A stretch of DNA of 64,000 nucleotides, taken from Planctomycetota bacterium. GTDB taxonomy: Bacteria > Planctomycetota > B15-G4 > JADJEK01. The notes beneath the pieces were generated by a model that was not told the origin of the DNA, did not search any database, and worked only from the letters and a program-made list of their open reading frames with translations. A program made the position numbers and the translations under genes. The stretch is from contig JBGAIQ010000021.1 of assembly GCA_044225365.1 (NCBI GenBank), positions 1 through 64,000 on the forward strand. Direction: 5' to 3'. Shown in pieces: positions 1-8,639 of the stretch. Position 1 is the first letter of the stretch. Each line of letters opens with the position of its first letter.

Positions 1-577
1 ACTTGATGAACCTGGCCCACGTCGATCGTCGCCGTGGCGCGGGAGGAATGCCGTTGCGTGCGAGGATCTCGCAGACCGTGGTCGCACCGATCTCGTGCCC
101 GAGATTCGCAAGCGCTCCCTGGATTCGGTCGTAGCCCCACCCGGCGTTCTCCTTCGCCATCTTGACGACCAACTGTTCGAGCTCATCCGCGATGCGCGGT
201 CGGCCGATCTTCTTCTCGAGTCCCTTCGCGAACGTCCATTTCAGCGCGATCAGTCTTCGATGCCACCGCAGGATCGTGTCCGGGGTCGCGATCGTCGCGT
301 ACTTCTCGAGCAGCTTGCGTCCGATCGTTTTGCCGGCGCGGCCGAGGATCGCGCGGTCGGCGTCGGTCAGCGGGACGCGCTTCTTGCCGAGCTTCCTTCG
401 GAGGACTCGGTTCTCCGCGACGAGGTAGTCGATGAGGCACTGCTGGCCGCGCTGGGTCCAGGCGGAGAGCAGCGCAAGCAGAAAGGCGAGCGGATTCGCG
501 ACGAGCGTGGCGATGCGACCAACTCTACCGCGAGGGTCGGGATCGAACCGCGTTCGCTCTGGCGCGGCCACCCCCAT
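1..577 (-). CDS. Integrase-core (IS3/IS481-like) transposase, N-terminal part, runs off window start
   Basis: Not in ORF track; my translation gives ...LIDYLVAENRVLRRKLGKKR...ATPDTILRWHRRLIA...GRPRIADELEQLVVKMAKENAGWGYDRIQGALANLGHEIGATTVCEILARNGIPPAPRR, typical of this transposase family. Start (ATG 577) uncertain. Confidence 0.8.
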   Translation of the reverse strand, partial: MGVAAPERTRFDPDPRGRVGRIATLVANPLAFLLALLSAWTQRGQQCLIDYLVAENRVLRRKLGKKRVPLTDADRAILGRAGKTIGRKLLEKYATIATPDTILRWHRRLIALKWTFAKGLEKKIGRPRIADELEQLVVKMAKENAGWGYDRIQGALANLGHEIGATTVCEILARNGIPPAPRRRSTWARFIK

Positions 578-592
578 CCGCGGTTGCGCGAG

Positions 593-907
593 TCAGTTCG
601 ATGGGTCGTCCATTGCGAGAACGGTCTCGACGTCGCGATGTCCGTCGAGCACGCGGATGATGCCGATGGGTCGCGGAGAGGGATCGTAAATCACAAGGTA
701 AGCGCGGACCGACCAGATGCGCAGTCCGCGACCAGGTGCAAGTCCCTCGCGAACGTGACCGGCGAGCGGATGCGTCGCGAGCCGCTCGAACGCAGCGAAG
801 AACTCCGCGAGCAGCTCACGAGCGGCCGAAGGACTGTCCGTCGCGATGTAGTCGAAGATCTCCTCAAGGTCGATCTCCGCGAGCGGCGCGATTGCATACC
901 CGGTCAT
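593..907 (-). CDS. parE: Type II toxin, RelE/ParE family
   Basis: APLAEIDLEEIFDYIATDSPSAA...LATHPLAGHVREGL...YLVIY...IIRVLDGHRDV; overlaps upstream antitoxin by 4 nt. Confidence 0.9.
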   Translation of the reverse strand: MTGYAIAPLAEIDLEEIFDYIATDSPSAARELLAEFFAAFERLATHPLAGHVREGLAPGRGLRIWSVRAYLVIYDPSPRPIGIIRVLDGHRDVETVLAMDDPSN

Positions 908-1176
908 CGCTTGTTGCGATCGCGCTCAAGCTTGGCGATCCGCGCCTCGAGTCGGCCAAAGACGTCCCGGCCCGACCGACCTTCACCACGATCGAGCTGG
1001 TCGAGACCTTCCTGGACCTTCGCTCGGATGTCGGTGATGCGCTGCTCACGCGCCTCGTCTTGCTCGGCGAGGAGTCGAAGGCCTTCGCGGATCACTTCGC
1101 TGGCGGTGTGGTACATGCCGGACGCGACCTTGCGCTCGACGAACTGCTTGAGTTCTTCGGTGAGTGAAACGTTCAT
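904..1176 (-). CDS. parD: Type II antitoxin, ParD family (ribbon-helix-helix)
   Basis: MNVSLTEELKQFVERKVASGMYHTASEVIREGLRLL; directly upstream of toxin. Confidence 0.92.
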   Translation of the reverse strand: MNVSLTEELKQFVERKVASGMYHTASEVIREGLRLLAEQDEAREQRITDIRAKVQEGLDQLDRGEGRSGRDVFGRLEARIAKLERDRNKR

Positions 1177-1250
1177 GGGAACCAACGTAGCACGGATGGC
1201 AAAGAATGTCCACTTTGGATATCGGCCACGAAACTCCTATGACTTTCGAA

Positions 1251-1290
1251 CTCGCACCACGTCGCACTGGCTCGCAAGGATTCGCACCCA
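1251..1290 (+). repeat. Tandem 10-bp repeat array (4 x nTCGCAnnnn), left of att core
   Basis: ctcgcaccac gtcgcactgg ctcgcaagga ttcgcaccca. Confidence 0.8.
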
Positions 1291-1381
1291 GTACACGTTC
1301 GACCCGAGTGCTAGCGTTTCTGCTATCGTTTGCGCATACGACGTCGCAAATAACTACACAATAAGGACTTACAACGTCACT

Positions 1382-1444
1382 CAACGGCCTTGAAAACCGT
1401 TGAGGCGCGAGTCTCCGGGGGTTCAAATCCCTCCCCGTCCGCCA
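1382..1444 (+). pseudogene. 3' fragment of tRNA-Ser(TGA); probable att-site duplication of an integrative element
   Basis: Anticodon arm ACGG-CCTTGAAAA-CCGT, long variable arm, GGGGG-TTCAAAT-CCCTC T arm, CCCGTCC-G-CCA end; no 5' acceptor strand or D arm upstream. Confidence 0.85.
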
Positions 1445-1452
1445 CTTCTTAT

Positions 1453-1492
1453 CTCGCACCGGCTCGCAAGGAGTCGCACAGACTCGCATGGA
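1453..1492 (+). repeat. Tandem 10-bp repeat array (4 units), right of att core
   Basis: ctcgcaccgg ctcgcaagga gtcgcacaga ctcgcatgga. Confidence 0.8.
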
Positions 1493-1559
1493 ATGGCAGA
1501 TGTCGGCGCGAGTGCGACGTCGGGAATAGACCGTTGAAATCGGGCTGAAAACGGGCTTC

Positions 1560-1626
1560 GTCGCAAGGACTCGCACTGGCTCGCACTGCTTCGCGTGGGC
1601 ACTGCTATCGCTGGTGCTATCGGGCA
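1560..1626 (+). repeat. Third 10-bp array plus TGCTATCG pair with 12-bp spacing
   Basis: gtcgcaagga ctcgcactgg ctcgcactgc ttcgcgtggg; TGCTATCG at 1603 and 1615, matching TGCTAGCG/TGCTATCG at 1309/1321. Confidence 0.75.
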
Positions 1627-1830
1627 GCGCAGCAGACACGAACTCAGCCCGGAATCGCCTGATTCACTTCGTTCTGCCGTTCTCGTTAGCATTCGATTGG
1701 ATGCGCTGCGGAGGCCGCGACGATTTGCCGATCCACTAAGAATTGGAGTACATCGGCTCGCCGTGCTATGAAGAGCGTCGAGAGATCGGCACGTTGCCGC
1801 GACGCGGTGTAAAAGCTCGACAATCTTCCC

Positions 1831-3457
1831 TGCTGCGCGTCACGACATTGTGCACTCTTGGTGACGATCTATCGACACAACGGCCATGGGGGCGAGCGAT
1901 CGCCCACCTTTCGCCAATGGATGAGTCGAAACCGTCGGCCTTGAGCGCAGCGCAACCGAGTCCGCCCTCGGAGGCGGGCGTCCTTCTGGCTCGTTTCGAT
2001 CAGGCTCCGTCTCGCGTGACCGACCGTTGCGGTCATTCTTCCCTTTCGCCCGCCCCGATCGTGATCGTCACGCGGCCGCTGAGTCATCCTTCGCCCCGTC
2101 GCACCTTCGGCACGCGAGCGCGCGGTTCTCTTCGAACCGCTTCTGCTTCGCGATCGCCTTCTCTTCGCCGAGTCTCTCGGGGACGGCACCGCCGGTCCCG
2201 AAGTACATCTCCTCCGGGGTCTGTCCTCGGAATGCGGAGTGAGGGAGCCGCTTGTTATGCTCCTCGACGTAGAAAGCGACGAGCTTCGTCACGGTCGCGA
2301 CGGAGTCGAGCGTGTTGAGGAAGAGCCAGTTGTGCTTCAGCGCGCGCCACCACGCTTCGATCATAGAGTTCGAGAAGCGGATCTCCGTCATCGCGAGCAC
2401 GCGACGCAGCAAACCGGATCCGATCAACTCGTCCATATTGCGATTGACGTTCTCGACGCCGCCGTCGGCGAGGACCGTAGGCGGAGTCTGCCCGGATGAG
2501 CGCGAACGACTCGCGTCGAGAAGAGTAGTAACCGTGTTGGCCGTGTCGAAGGTGCTGGCAACGCGCCACGCGAGGATTCGCCGCGAGAAGTTGTCGATGA
2601 CGGCGTGGATGTAGGCCTTGGTTCCATCGACGAGGCGGAGGATCGTCGTGTCGATGTGCCAGAGATCGTCTGCGCGCTCGGCGCGAACGCCAACCTTGGG
2701 CTTGGCGGGATGGACGCGCAGCCGAGGCCGCCGCCATTTGTGCTCGCGAATGAGCCGTCGCCACGTTGACGCTGACGCGAACACCTTCCCGAGCCGCTGT
2801 GCGAGCACGGCGAGTCGGCCGGTCGTGACGTGTCGGTAATCCTGCGATTCGACCATCTCGCGGATGCTCTGGATCTCAGAGCGCGTCAGCCGTTGCGGCG
2901 ACGAGGATGGACAGGAGACCTGATCGGCGAGTTCGCACCGAAGCTCGGAGCGTCGCCACGCGTGGTAGCGCGACGCCGAGAGGCCGAGGATTCGAAGCAC
3001 GCGTCGCAACTCGAGTGTCGACACAGCCCGATCGATCGCACGGAGCAAAGCGGACTTCGCCGCGCCGTCCGGCAATCGTCGCCAATCGAGTTCGACGCCG
3101 AAGATGCGCAGTAGCGCGATGAGGAGGCGAACGACGGCTCGGAAACCCCGGACGCGTCGGCGCAAGCGAACGACTTCGGCCTGGAGCTGCTTCTCGCGGA
3201 TCGACAGCGGATCGGCGCTGACGATCGATAGTTCGGTTCGGCGAAGCTAGCCGGCCGCTGTCGACCGCGGAACGCCGAGTTTGGTCGCGATCGCCAGGTC
3301 GCCGGTGTGTCGGACGAGTTCGCGGAGCCGGTGATCGTACGTGCGCCTGGTCCTTGCCATGGCGGCATCATCGCAAACCGGGTCCGGAGAGAGTAGGATC
3401 TCGCGGGTGGTGTCGGATGATCGTCGAAGAAAGTGCACAATGTCGTGACGCGCAGCA
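1831..3457 (-). mobile_element. Insertion sequence (IS3/IS481-like DDE) with terminal inverted repeats
   Basis: Perfect 26-bp IR TGCTGCGCGTCACGACATTGTGCACT (1831-1856) / AGTGCACAATGTCGTGACGCGCAGCA (3432-3457). True ends may be 1834/3454. No clear target duplication. Confidence 0.9.
2068..3360 (-). pseudogene. DDE (rve) transposase interrupted by in-frame TAG at 3247-3249
   Basis: MARTRRTYDHRLRELV...PRSTAAG*LRRTELS... continues in frame into ORF 2068..3165 with WHIDTT, VIDNFSR, LADGGVEN, NSMIEAWWRALKH. Confidence 0.85.
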
Positions 3458-3478
3458 CGGCGCCGCAGCACCGCGACA

Positions 3479-3883
3479 TTCCTCAACACGCTCGACTCCG
3501 TCGAGAATGTAAGGAAGCTCGTTGCGTTCTACGTCGAGGAGCACAACTCGAGGCCTCCGCATTCTGAGTTTCGTGGTCAGAAACCGAACGAGATGTACTC
3601 CGGGCCAGATGCGAATGTGCCGGACGAGCTGAACCGGCAGAAGGCGATCGCCAAGCAGCGGTGCTTCGAGGAGAGTCGGCCGGTCTCCTGCGGTCGTTAC
3701 GCAACCGCGGCGGAGGATTCCGTCGCGGCGTGAGGTAGGAACCGAGGGATCGAGGACGGCGATCGAGTCGTTTGAGCGATGGCTCATGAATGGACGAAAC
3801 GGACGGCGTGACCACGCCGATGACGACGGCCGGCGTCTCTATCGAGTACTCGTCGCGAAAAGTGTCAAGTGTGGTGACGCGCA
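3479..3883 (+). mobile_element. Truncated related IS: transposase C-terminus (3479-3733) and right terminal repeat
   Basis: FLNTLDSVENVRKLVAFYVEEHNSRPPHSEFRGQKPNEMY...SVAA* parallels the adjacent transposase C-terminus; end AGTGTCAAGTGTGGTGACGCGCA (to 3883) resembles the IS IR. Confidence 0.85.
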
Positions 3884-3898
3884 CCGGGGCGACTGATT

Positions 3899-5050
3899 TC
3901 ATTTATGCAGATGTAGCGTCAACCCGTTCGTCGCATAGTACCCACTGACCAGCGAGGGATCGAGTCCGAAGAACTGCAGCTGGAGCCACACCGGCGTCGG
4001 CGCGGTCGTGGGAATCGTCGGCGATAACGTGACGGCGCCATTGGCGCCTAGGGTCAACGGAATGACGAGAGGAATGGGCGGCGCGACGAAGAGCGCGCAG
4101 TTGCCCGAAAGTGAATTCAACGAGCCATTCGGCGCAACGAAAAGCAGACCCCCGCCTCCGGGCTTGCCGCCGAACACAGACACCAATGCGACCGCATAAT
4201 TCACATCGAGGGGGATCATCGATCCGAAGCCGGCGAGAAAAGCCAGTCCTGCCGAGCTCGGACAGCCAGCGCCGTATTGCGAGAACGAACCGATGATCTG
4301 GCCACGAGCCTCACCCGTCGGAAAGTTCGCGTCGTGGATGTCGACGTACAACTCGCCTGCTCGGAGCTTCGCGATCGTCAAATCGCTCAATGGACCGATT
4401 GATACCGAGTATTGGCCAAAGGGTGAATACGGGTTGATCGTTGCGAGAATCGGGCCAGCCAAGCCTGGAAGTCCCTCATGGATGTGTGCGACGTCACCGC
4501 CCGCGAAAGATGCAAAGGTGAGGCTTCCCGTTAGGAATTTCGACGATTCGTTGAGTTCGAATACGCCGCTTCCAGTGTGAGGCGTGATCACTGGCGGGAC
4601 GAGGTTGCCTCCGGTGAGAAAGACGGAGAACCGGTTCGTGTTCGGAGTGATCTGGCCTCGGATCTCGCCGGTTGCGAATGCAAGGGTCTTGACGTTGACG
4701 TATAGGCCGCTCGAGAGGAGCGCGGTGACTTGCGCGGCGCTGAGCACGGGGGAAGTTCCGAAATATTTCGTTGGCCCGCCGGTCAGGTTGAACAACTTGA
4801 AACCCGAGACGCCGGGGGGGCCCTGCGCCACTTCGACGGCAGTTGGCGCGCCCGAGAGACCGGCGACGGTGAAATCGTAGCGAAAGGTGTTCGACGCGGG
4901 ATCGAACGCCACGAGGCCCGAGCCAGTCGCGAGGCTCGCGGTCGGCGGAGACTCCTGGCCCCCGTTCAACGGGCACGGAAAGATCGTTTGCGAGAATGCG
5001 GATGGACTAGCGAACAGAATAGCGGCCGCGAACGACATCAGGACTCGCAT
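3899..5050 (-). CDS. Secreted protein with two CHRD domains and shared C-terminal domain
   Basis: Signal peptide; LNGGQESPP...GLYVNVKTLAFATGEIRGQI and AHIHEG...GELYVDIHDANFPTGEARGQI. Confidence 0.88.
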   Translation of the reverse strand: MRVLMSFAAAILFASPSAFSQTIFPCPLNGGQESPPTASLATGSGLVAFDPASNTFRYDFTVAGLSGAPTAVEVAQGPPGVSGFKLFNLTGGPTKYFGTSPVLSAAQVTALLSSGLYVNVKTLAFATGEIRGQITPNTNRFSVFLTGGNLVPPVITPHTGSGVFELNESSKFLTGSLTFASFAGGDVAHIHEGLPGLAGPILATINPYSPFGQYSVSIGPLSDLTIAKLRAGELYVDIHDANFPTGEARGQIIGSFSQYGAGCPSSAGLAFLAGFGSMIPLDVNYAVALVSVFGGKPGGGGLLFVAPNGSLNSLSGNCALFVAPPIPLVIPLTLGANGAVTLSPTIPTTAPTPVWLQLQFFGLDPSLVSGYYATNGLTLHLHK

Positions 5051-5371
5051 CGGTTCCTCGCACGTTCATTTCAAGTTCGGATCGATCGAAAGAAAAACAC
5101 AAATCCCACCAGGATCGCGCGGCTCGCGCCGTGCACACCTCCAGGACTGCTGGGCGCTCTCCCGCGAAGGCAACGAGCGTGATTCTAAGTGAAAGTTCAC
5201 GATCTCGCAATGATCCGGACTTCACAGTCCTATCCAACATCTCCTTCCCCGTTGGGAGCGACGGGCTCGAAGCCCTACGCTCCCACGAACATCCCATGAT
5301 CGAGGGCTCTTAGTTAGCAGGAGTCGCTCCAGTGGGCACGTAATCGCTCGCCTGTGAAGAGTGACTGCGTC

Positions 5372-5490
5372 GTGGGGCGAAACCGCGAGCCCGAGGATTC
5401 GTAGTTCGGAGCACTCGTCGGAGATCTGGAATTCACCTCACCGTCCAGGAGGCGTCTCCAGTCGAAGGCGATGCCCAACCCGCGTAGGCG
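5372..5490 (-). pseudogene. Degenerate fragment of the same transposase family
   Basis: LRGLGIAFDWRRLLDG and LRILGLAVSPHDA resemble LRIFGVELDWRRLPDG and LRILGLSASRYHA of the 2068..3360 transposase, with a deletion and frame change. Confidence 0.6.
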
Positions 5491-5624
5491 GGACGAGAAG
5501 TCGAACGACGTCGAATTCCTTGGGTCGCATCCGGACGCGGGTCGGGTCGAATCGTGAACGGTCATCGAGCCGTTGCCATGGCAACGTCACTGCAAGCCGG
5601 ATCCGAGACGGCAGGATCGCGCGA

Positions 5625-6104
5625 ATGGTGTACGCTGTTCGCCGCTCGAAGAGCGCTGTGCCGCGACGCGCAGCAGGGAGACTCGCCTTGTCGAGATTCG
5701 GAGTCGTCACAAGCCTTTTCTTGGTGGCGGCCGTAATCGGCTGTCGCTCATCCGACGAGAAACTCGCGCGCGAGCTGCATTTGGACGTGCAGGCAGAGCC
5801 CGTCGACGTGAACGGTGATCTGAGAATTCACGTGGAGATACACGCTGCGCACGCGTTGCTGCTCGGGGATCGCGAATTGGTGCTGATTGCATGGGGCGAT
5901 GGCGGGATTCCTCGCGAGAGGCACGAGCGAATTCTCACGGGGTCCGATCCGGGTGTGCCCGGAAGTATCGTTGTTCCGTTCTCGAGTGCTCAGCTGGAGG
6001 AGTGGCTTCCCCCAGGCGAAGACTATTCGCTGGTCGCCGAGGTAGGTCCTGTACGCTCCAACGTGGCTACGATTTCACGCCGGATCGAGACTCGGTCGAA
6101 GTGA
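5625..6104 (+). CDS. Hypothetical lipoprotein
   Basis: Hydrophobic stretch ending VIG-C (lipobox-like); start uncertain. Confidence 0.5.
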   Translation: MVYAVRRSKSAVPRRAAGRLALSRFGVVTSLFLVAAVIGCRSSDEKLARELHLDVQAEPVDVNGDLRIHVEIHAAHALLLGDRELVLIAWGDGGIPRERHERILTGSDPGVPGSIVVPFSSAQLEEWLPPGEDYSLVAEVGPVRSNVATISRRIETRSK

Positions 6105-6121
6105 GCTCAACTTGGAATCAC

Positions 6122-8611
6122 TCAGCGGCGGCGGCCGCCGCCGGTGCCGGCGCCGATGCGGCCGCCGGAGACCCGGCCGCCGAGGCGGCCAGCGTTCGCG
6201 GGATTGTTCGCTGCCGGGGGGCTCGGATTCGATTTGCGCTTTGCGGCTTCGGCGGGGGCAGCGTTGCCGTAGACGCCCGATCGCTTCGTGCGTTCGTAGG
6301 CCTGAGCGCGTTCGTTTGCAAGGGCGCGGTCCTTGCGGTCTCGTTCGAGCTGTTCGCGCGTCTCGGCGATTCTCTTGGGGTCCTGCCGAGCTGAAGTCGT
6401 GGCGGGAGCGGGCTCCTTCTTGTCGAGGGCGGCGCGATCTCGAGAACCCGGACTCTTGTCGTCACCGGGCCGATCGCTCGACGGGCGATCGACGCGATCC
6501 CAGTCATCACCGTCGCGTCTCGACCAGTCGCCATCCTCGTCGCGACGGTAGATCTCTCCGTCGTGCCCGACGTAGATGTCGCCATCCTCGTTCTTGGCAA
6601 CGAAGGAGCGATCGCCGAAGTTGCGGACACCGATGGCCGCGGCGCCCTCGGAGGTTTCGACCCAGCCGACGCCGCGAGCGGGCCCGCCGCTGCGGCCCGC
6701 CGAGATCCAACCCTCATCCGTCGAGATGACCGTGCGACCCCACGAACCGTAGATGCCGCCCCCTTCGGCATGAACGATCCCGCGATCCGTCACGGGATTG
6801 TACGCAGCAAAACCGCCTGCATAGCCGGCCGGGCCATAACGAGTGACACCGCGTGCCCATGCTCCGGTCCATGGGGAATAGACGGCGCTGAACCCAACGC
6901 CGCCATACGGGCCATACCATGCGCACCCACGATAGAACCCGCAGGCAACTGGGTTGAACCAAGCCGCGCAACCGTAGGAATAGAATGGCACCCATAGATG
7001 CCAGGTCCAGTAATCCTCGTCTTCGACACTCCACGCCGAGCCGATGGCCACTCCGGCTCCGAATACGAGGCAACCGTTCAAGACATAAGCGCCCTGATAC
7101 CCCAGCGTGTATCCCATCTCGACCGCATCGGGGGTGGCGGAATAGACTTTGACGTACACCACACCATGACACGGGTCGGTGGGCGGGATGTCGTAGATCG
7201 CGGGAGGGACCGAATCGCACAAGACGTAGGCATCGGTCGCGGACGACGAGACGAACCAGACTCCGCGATCGCAACAGTAGTACTTACCGCTGACGCGAAA
7301 TATCGCGAACGGTGTGTTCACGCCGACCTCGACCTTTGAGTCGACGATCCAGCGGAATCGCGGTTCGCCATCCCACTTCACTTCGAGATGCGCTTGCGAA
7401 CGCTGCACCATCGCCTTGCGCGGAATGGACGCAATGAGGATGGCCTCCTGGGACTCTTCGGTCCGGGGAACGGCTGCCGACACCTCGTCGAACTCCGGAG
7501 ACTTTGGCAAGTGCAGGAAGTCGAGCGGGAGTTCGCCGACCGAGCTCCATGGGCCATCGAGGGAGCTCGAGGCGAACCATCGTCCGGCCACGAGGAAGTA
7601 ATGCTGCTTCGAGTTGGAGTCGAAGAAGAGTGCACTGTCACTATTCGTAGCGACGAGGAGCGAGGTTCCCTCGACGGGGGCGTAGGTCGCGGGGCCCGCG
7701 GTAACGATCATCTCGGTCGGCTCGGTGGCGACGAAGACCTTCTTGACGGTCTCCCCCTCTGCGGGCCCACGTGCCGGGACATGCCCGCGCACGTCGGCGA
7801 AGTCATCGCCCTCCGGCAACTTGGACATCTCGGGCGGAAGCGACTTCGCGAGACCCCAGGGGCCCTTCAGTACGTCGGGGCTCTCGAGCCACAGGTCGTC
7901 GTCCAATAGGTAATAACGCCCCGCCGCGGAGTCGAAGAAGACATCCCAATTCGTGTTGGTCGCGAATCGAAGGGATGTTCCCTTCACCGGAGCGAACTTG
8001 GGCTTGCCGAGGAACATGACGAGGATCGCGGGGTCCTCGCAATGAACGATGGGGGGAACGACGCTCGGAACGTCGATCGGTGCCTGTAGCAAAGCTGGGT
8101 TGCGGATCGCGGATGCGAGGCGCTCCAGCGAAATGCTGAGGGTCTCGCGCTCCGGCAACACTTCGAGGACGAGCGACGACAAGGACGCGGACCGCCCGGG
8201 ATCCGTACCGTTGAACGCCGTGGTGACCTTCAACTGATCGACGATCGCGGTTCGCGTGGAGAAGTCAATATTCGTTCGACCGCTGACCTTGATCGATCCG
8301 AAGGCGGCCTTCTCGCTCGGTGATTTCTGCGCCTTGATCGCCGCTGAGAATCGGATGTGCTCGTAGTTCTCCCACGTCTCGACCTGCGGCTGGTAGATCG
8401 TGACGCTCGCCCCGTCCTTGCTGAACGTGCGCGGCCATCCCGAGTCGACCGGGGCTGCCGTGACTTGCGGCGCGTCGGGCGTGGCGATGGCGTCGGGCGT
8501 GGCCGGAGTCGTATTCGTCGAACACGCCGTCGTCTCGACGCCGAGAAGGATCGCGACTCCGACGAAGATTCGGGATGTGGTGGATAGAGCGGACGGAAGG
8601 CTTGAAGACAT
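6122..8611 (-). CDS. Large conserved secreted/lipoprotein with Gly/aromatic repeat region and charged tail
   Basis: WPRTF...VTIYQPQVETW; YFLVAGRWFASSSLDGPW; VPPAIYDIPP; YGPYGG/AYNP repeats; start 8611 or 8659. Confidence 0.8.
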   Translation of the reverse strand: MSSSLPSALSTTSRIFVGVAILLGVETTACSTNTTPATPDAIATPDAPQVTAAPVDSGWPRTFSKDGASVTIYQPQVETWENYEHIRFSAAIKAQKSPSEKAAFGSIKVSGRTNIDFSTRTAIVDQLKVTTAFNGTDPGRSASLSSLVLEVLPERETLSISLERLASAIRNPALLQAPIDVPSVVPPIVHCEDPAILVMFLGKPKFAPVKGTSLRFATNTNWDVFFDSAAGRYYLLDDDLWLESPDVLKGPWGLAKSLPPEMSKLPEGDDFADVRGHVPARGPAEGETVKKVFVATEPTEMIVTAGPATYAPVEGTSLLVATNSDSALFFDSNSKQHYFLVAGRWFASSSLDGPWSSVGELPLDFLHLPKSPEFDEVSAAVPRTEESQEAILIASIPRKAMVQRSQAHLEVKWDGEPRFRWIVDSKVEVGVNTPFAIFRVSGKYYCCDRGVWFVSSSATDAYVLCDSVPPAIYDIPPTDPCHGVVYVKVYSATPDAVEMGYTLGYQGAYVLNGCLVFGAGVAIGSAWSVEDEDYWTWHLWVPFYSYGCAAWFNPVACGFYRGCAWYGPYGGVGFSAVYSPWTGAWARGVTRYGPAGYAGGFAAYNPVTDRGIVHAEGGGIYGSWGRTVISTDEGWISAGRSGGPARGVGWVETSEGAAAIGVRNFGDRSFVAKNEDGDIYVGHDGEIYRRDEDGDWSRRDGDDWDRVDRPSSDRPGDDKSPGSRDRAALDKKEPAPATTSARQDPKRIAETREQLERDRKDRALANERAQAYERTKRSGVYGNAAPAEAAKRKSNPSPPAANNPANAGRLGGRVSGGRIGAGTGGGRRR

Positions 8612-8639
8612 CGAAGACCTACGGATGGATGACCACGTG

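Noticed and set aside
95-1393. 432-aa plus-strand ORF
   Set aside because: Antisense shadow of the transposase and ParDE genes; no recognisable motifs.
1251-1626. Repeat arrays as CRISPR
   Set aside because: 10-bp units with no unique spacers and no cas genes.
5253-5285. Strong hairpin TGGGAGCG..GGGCT-CGA-AGCCC..CGCTCCCA upstream of the CHRD gene
   Set aside because: No U-tract and no riboswitch consensus recognised; function cannot be supported.
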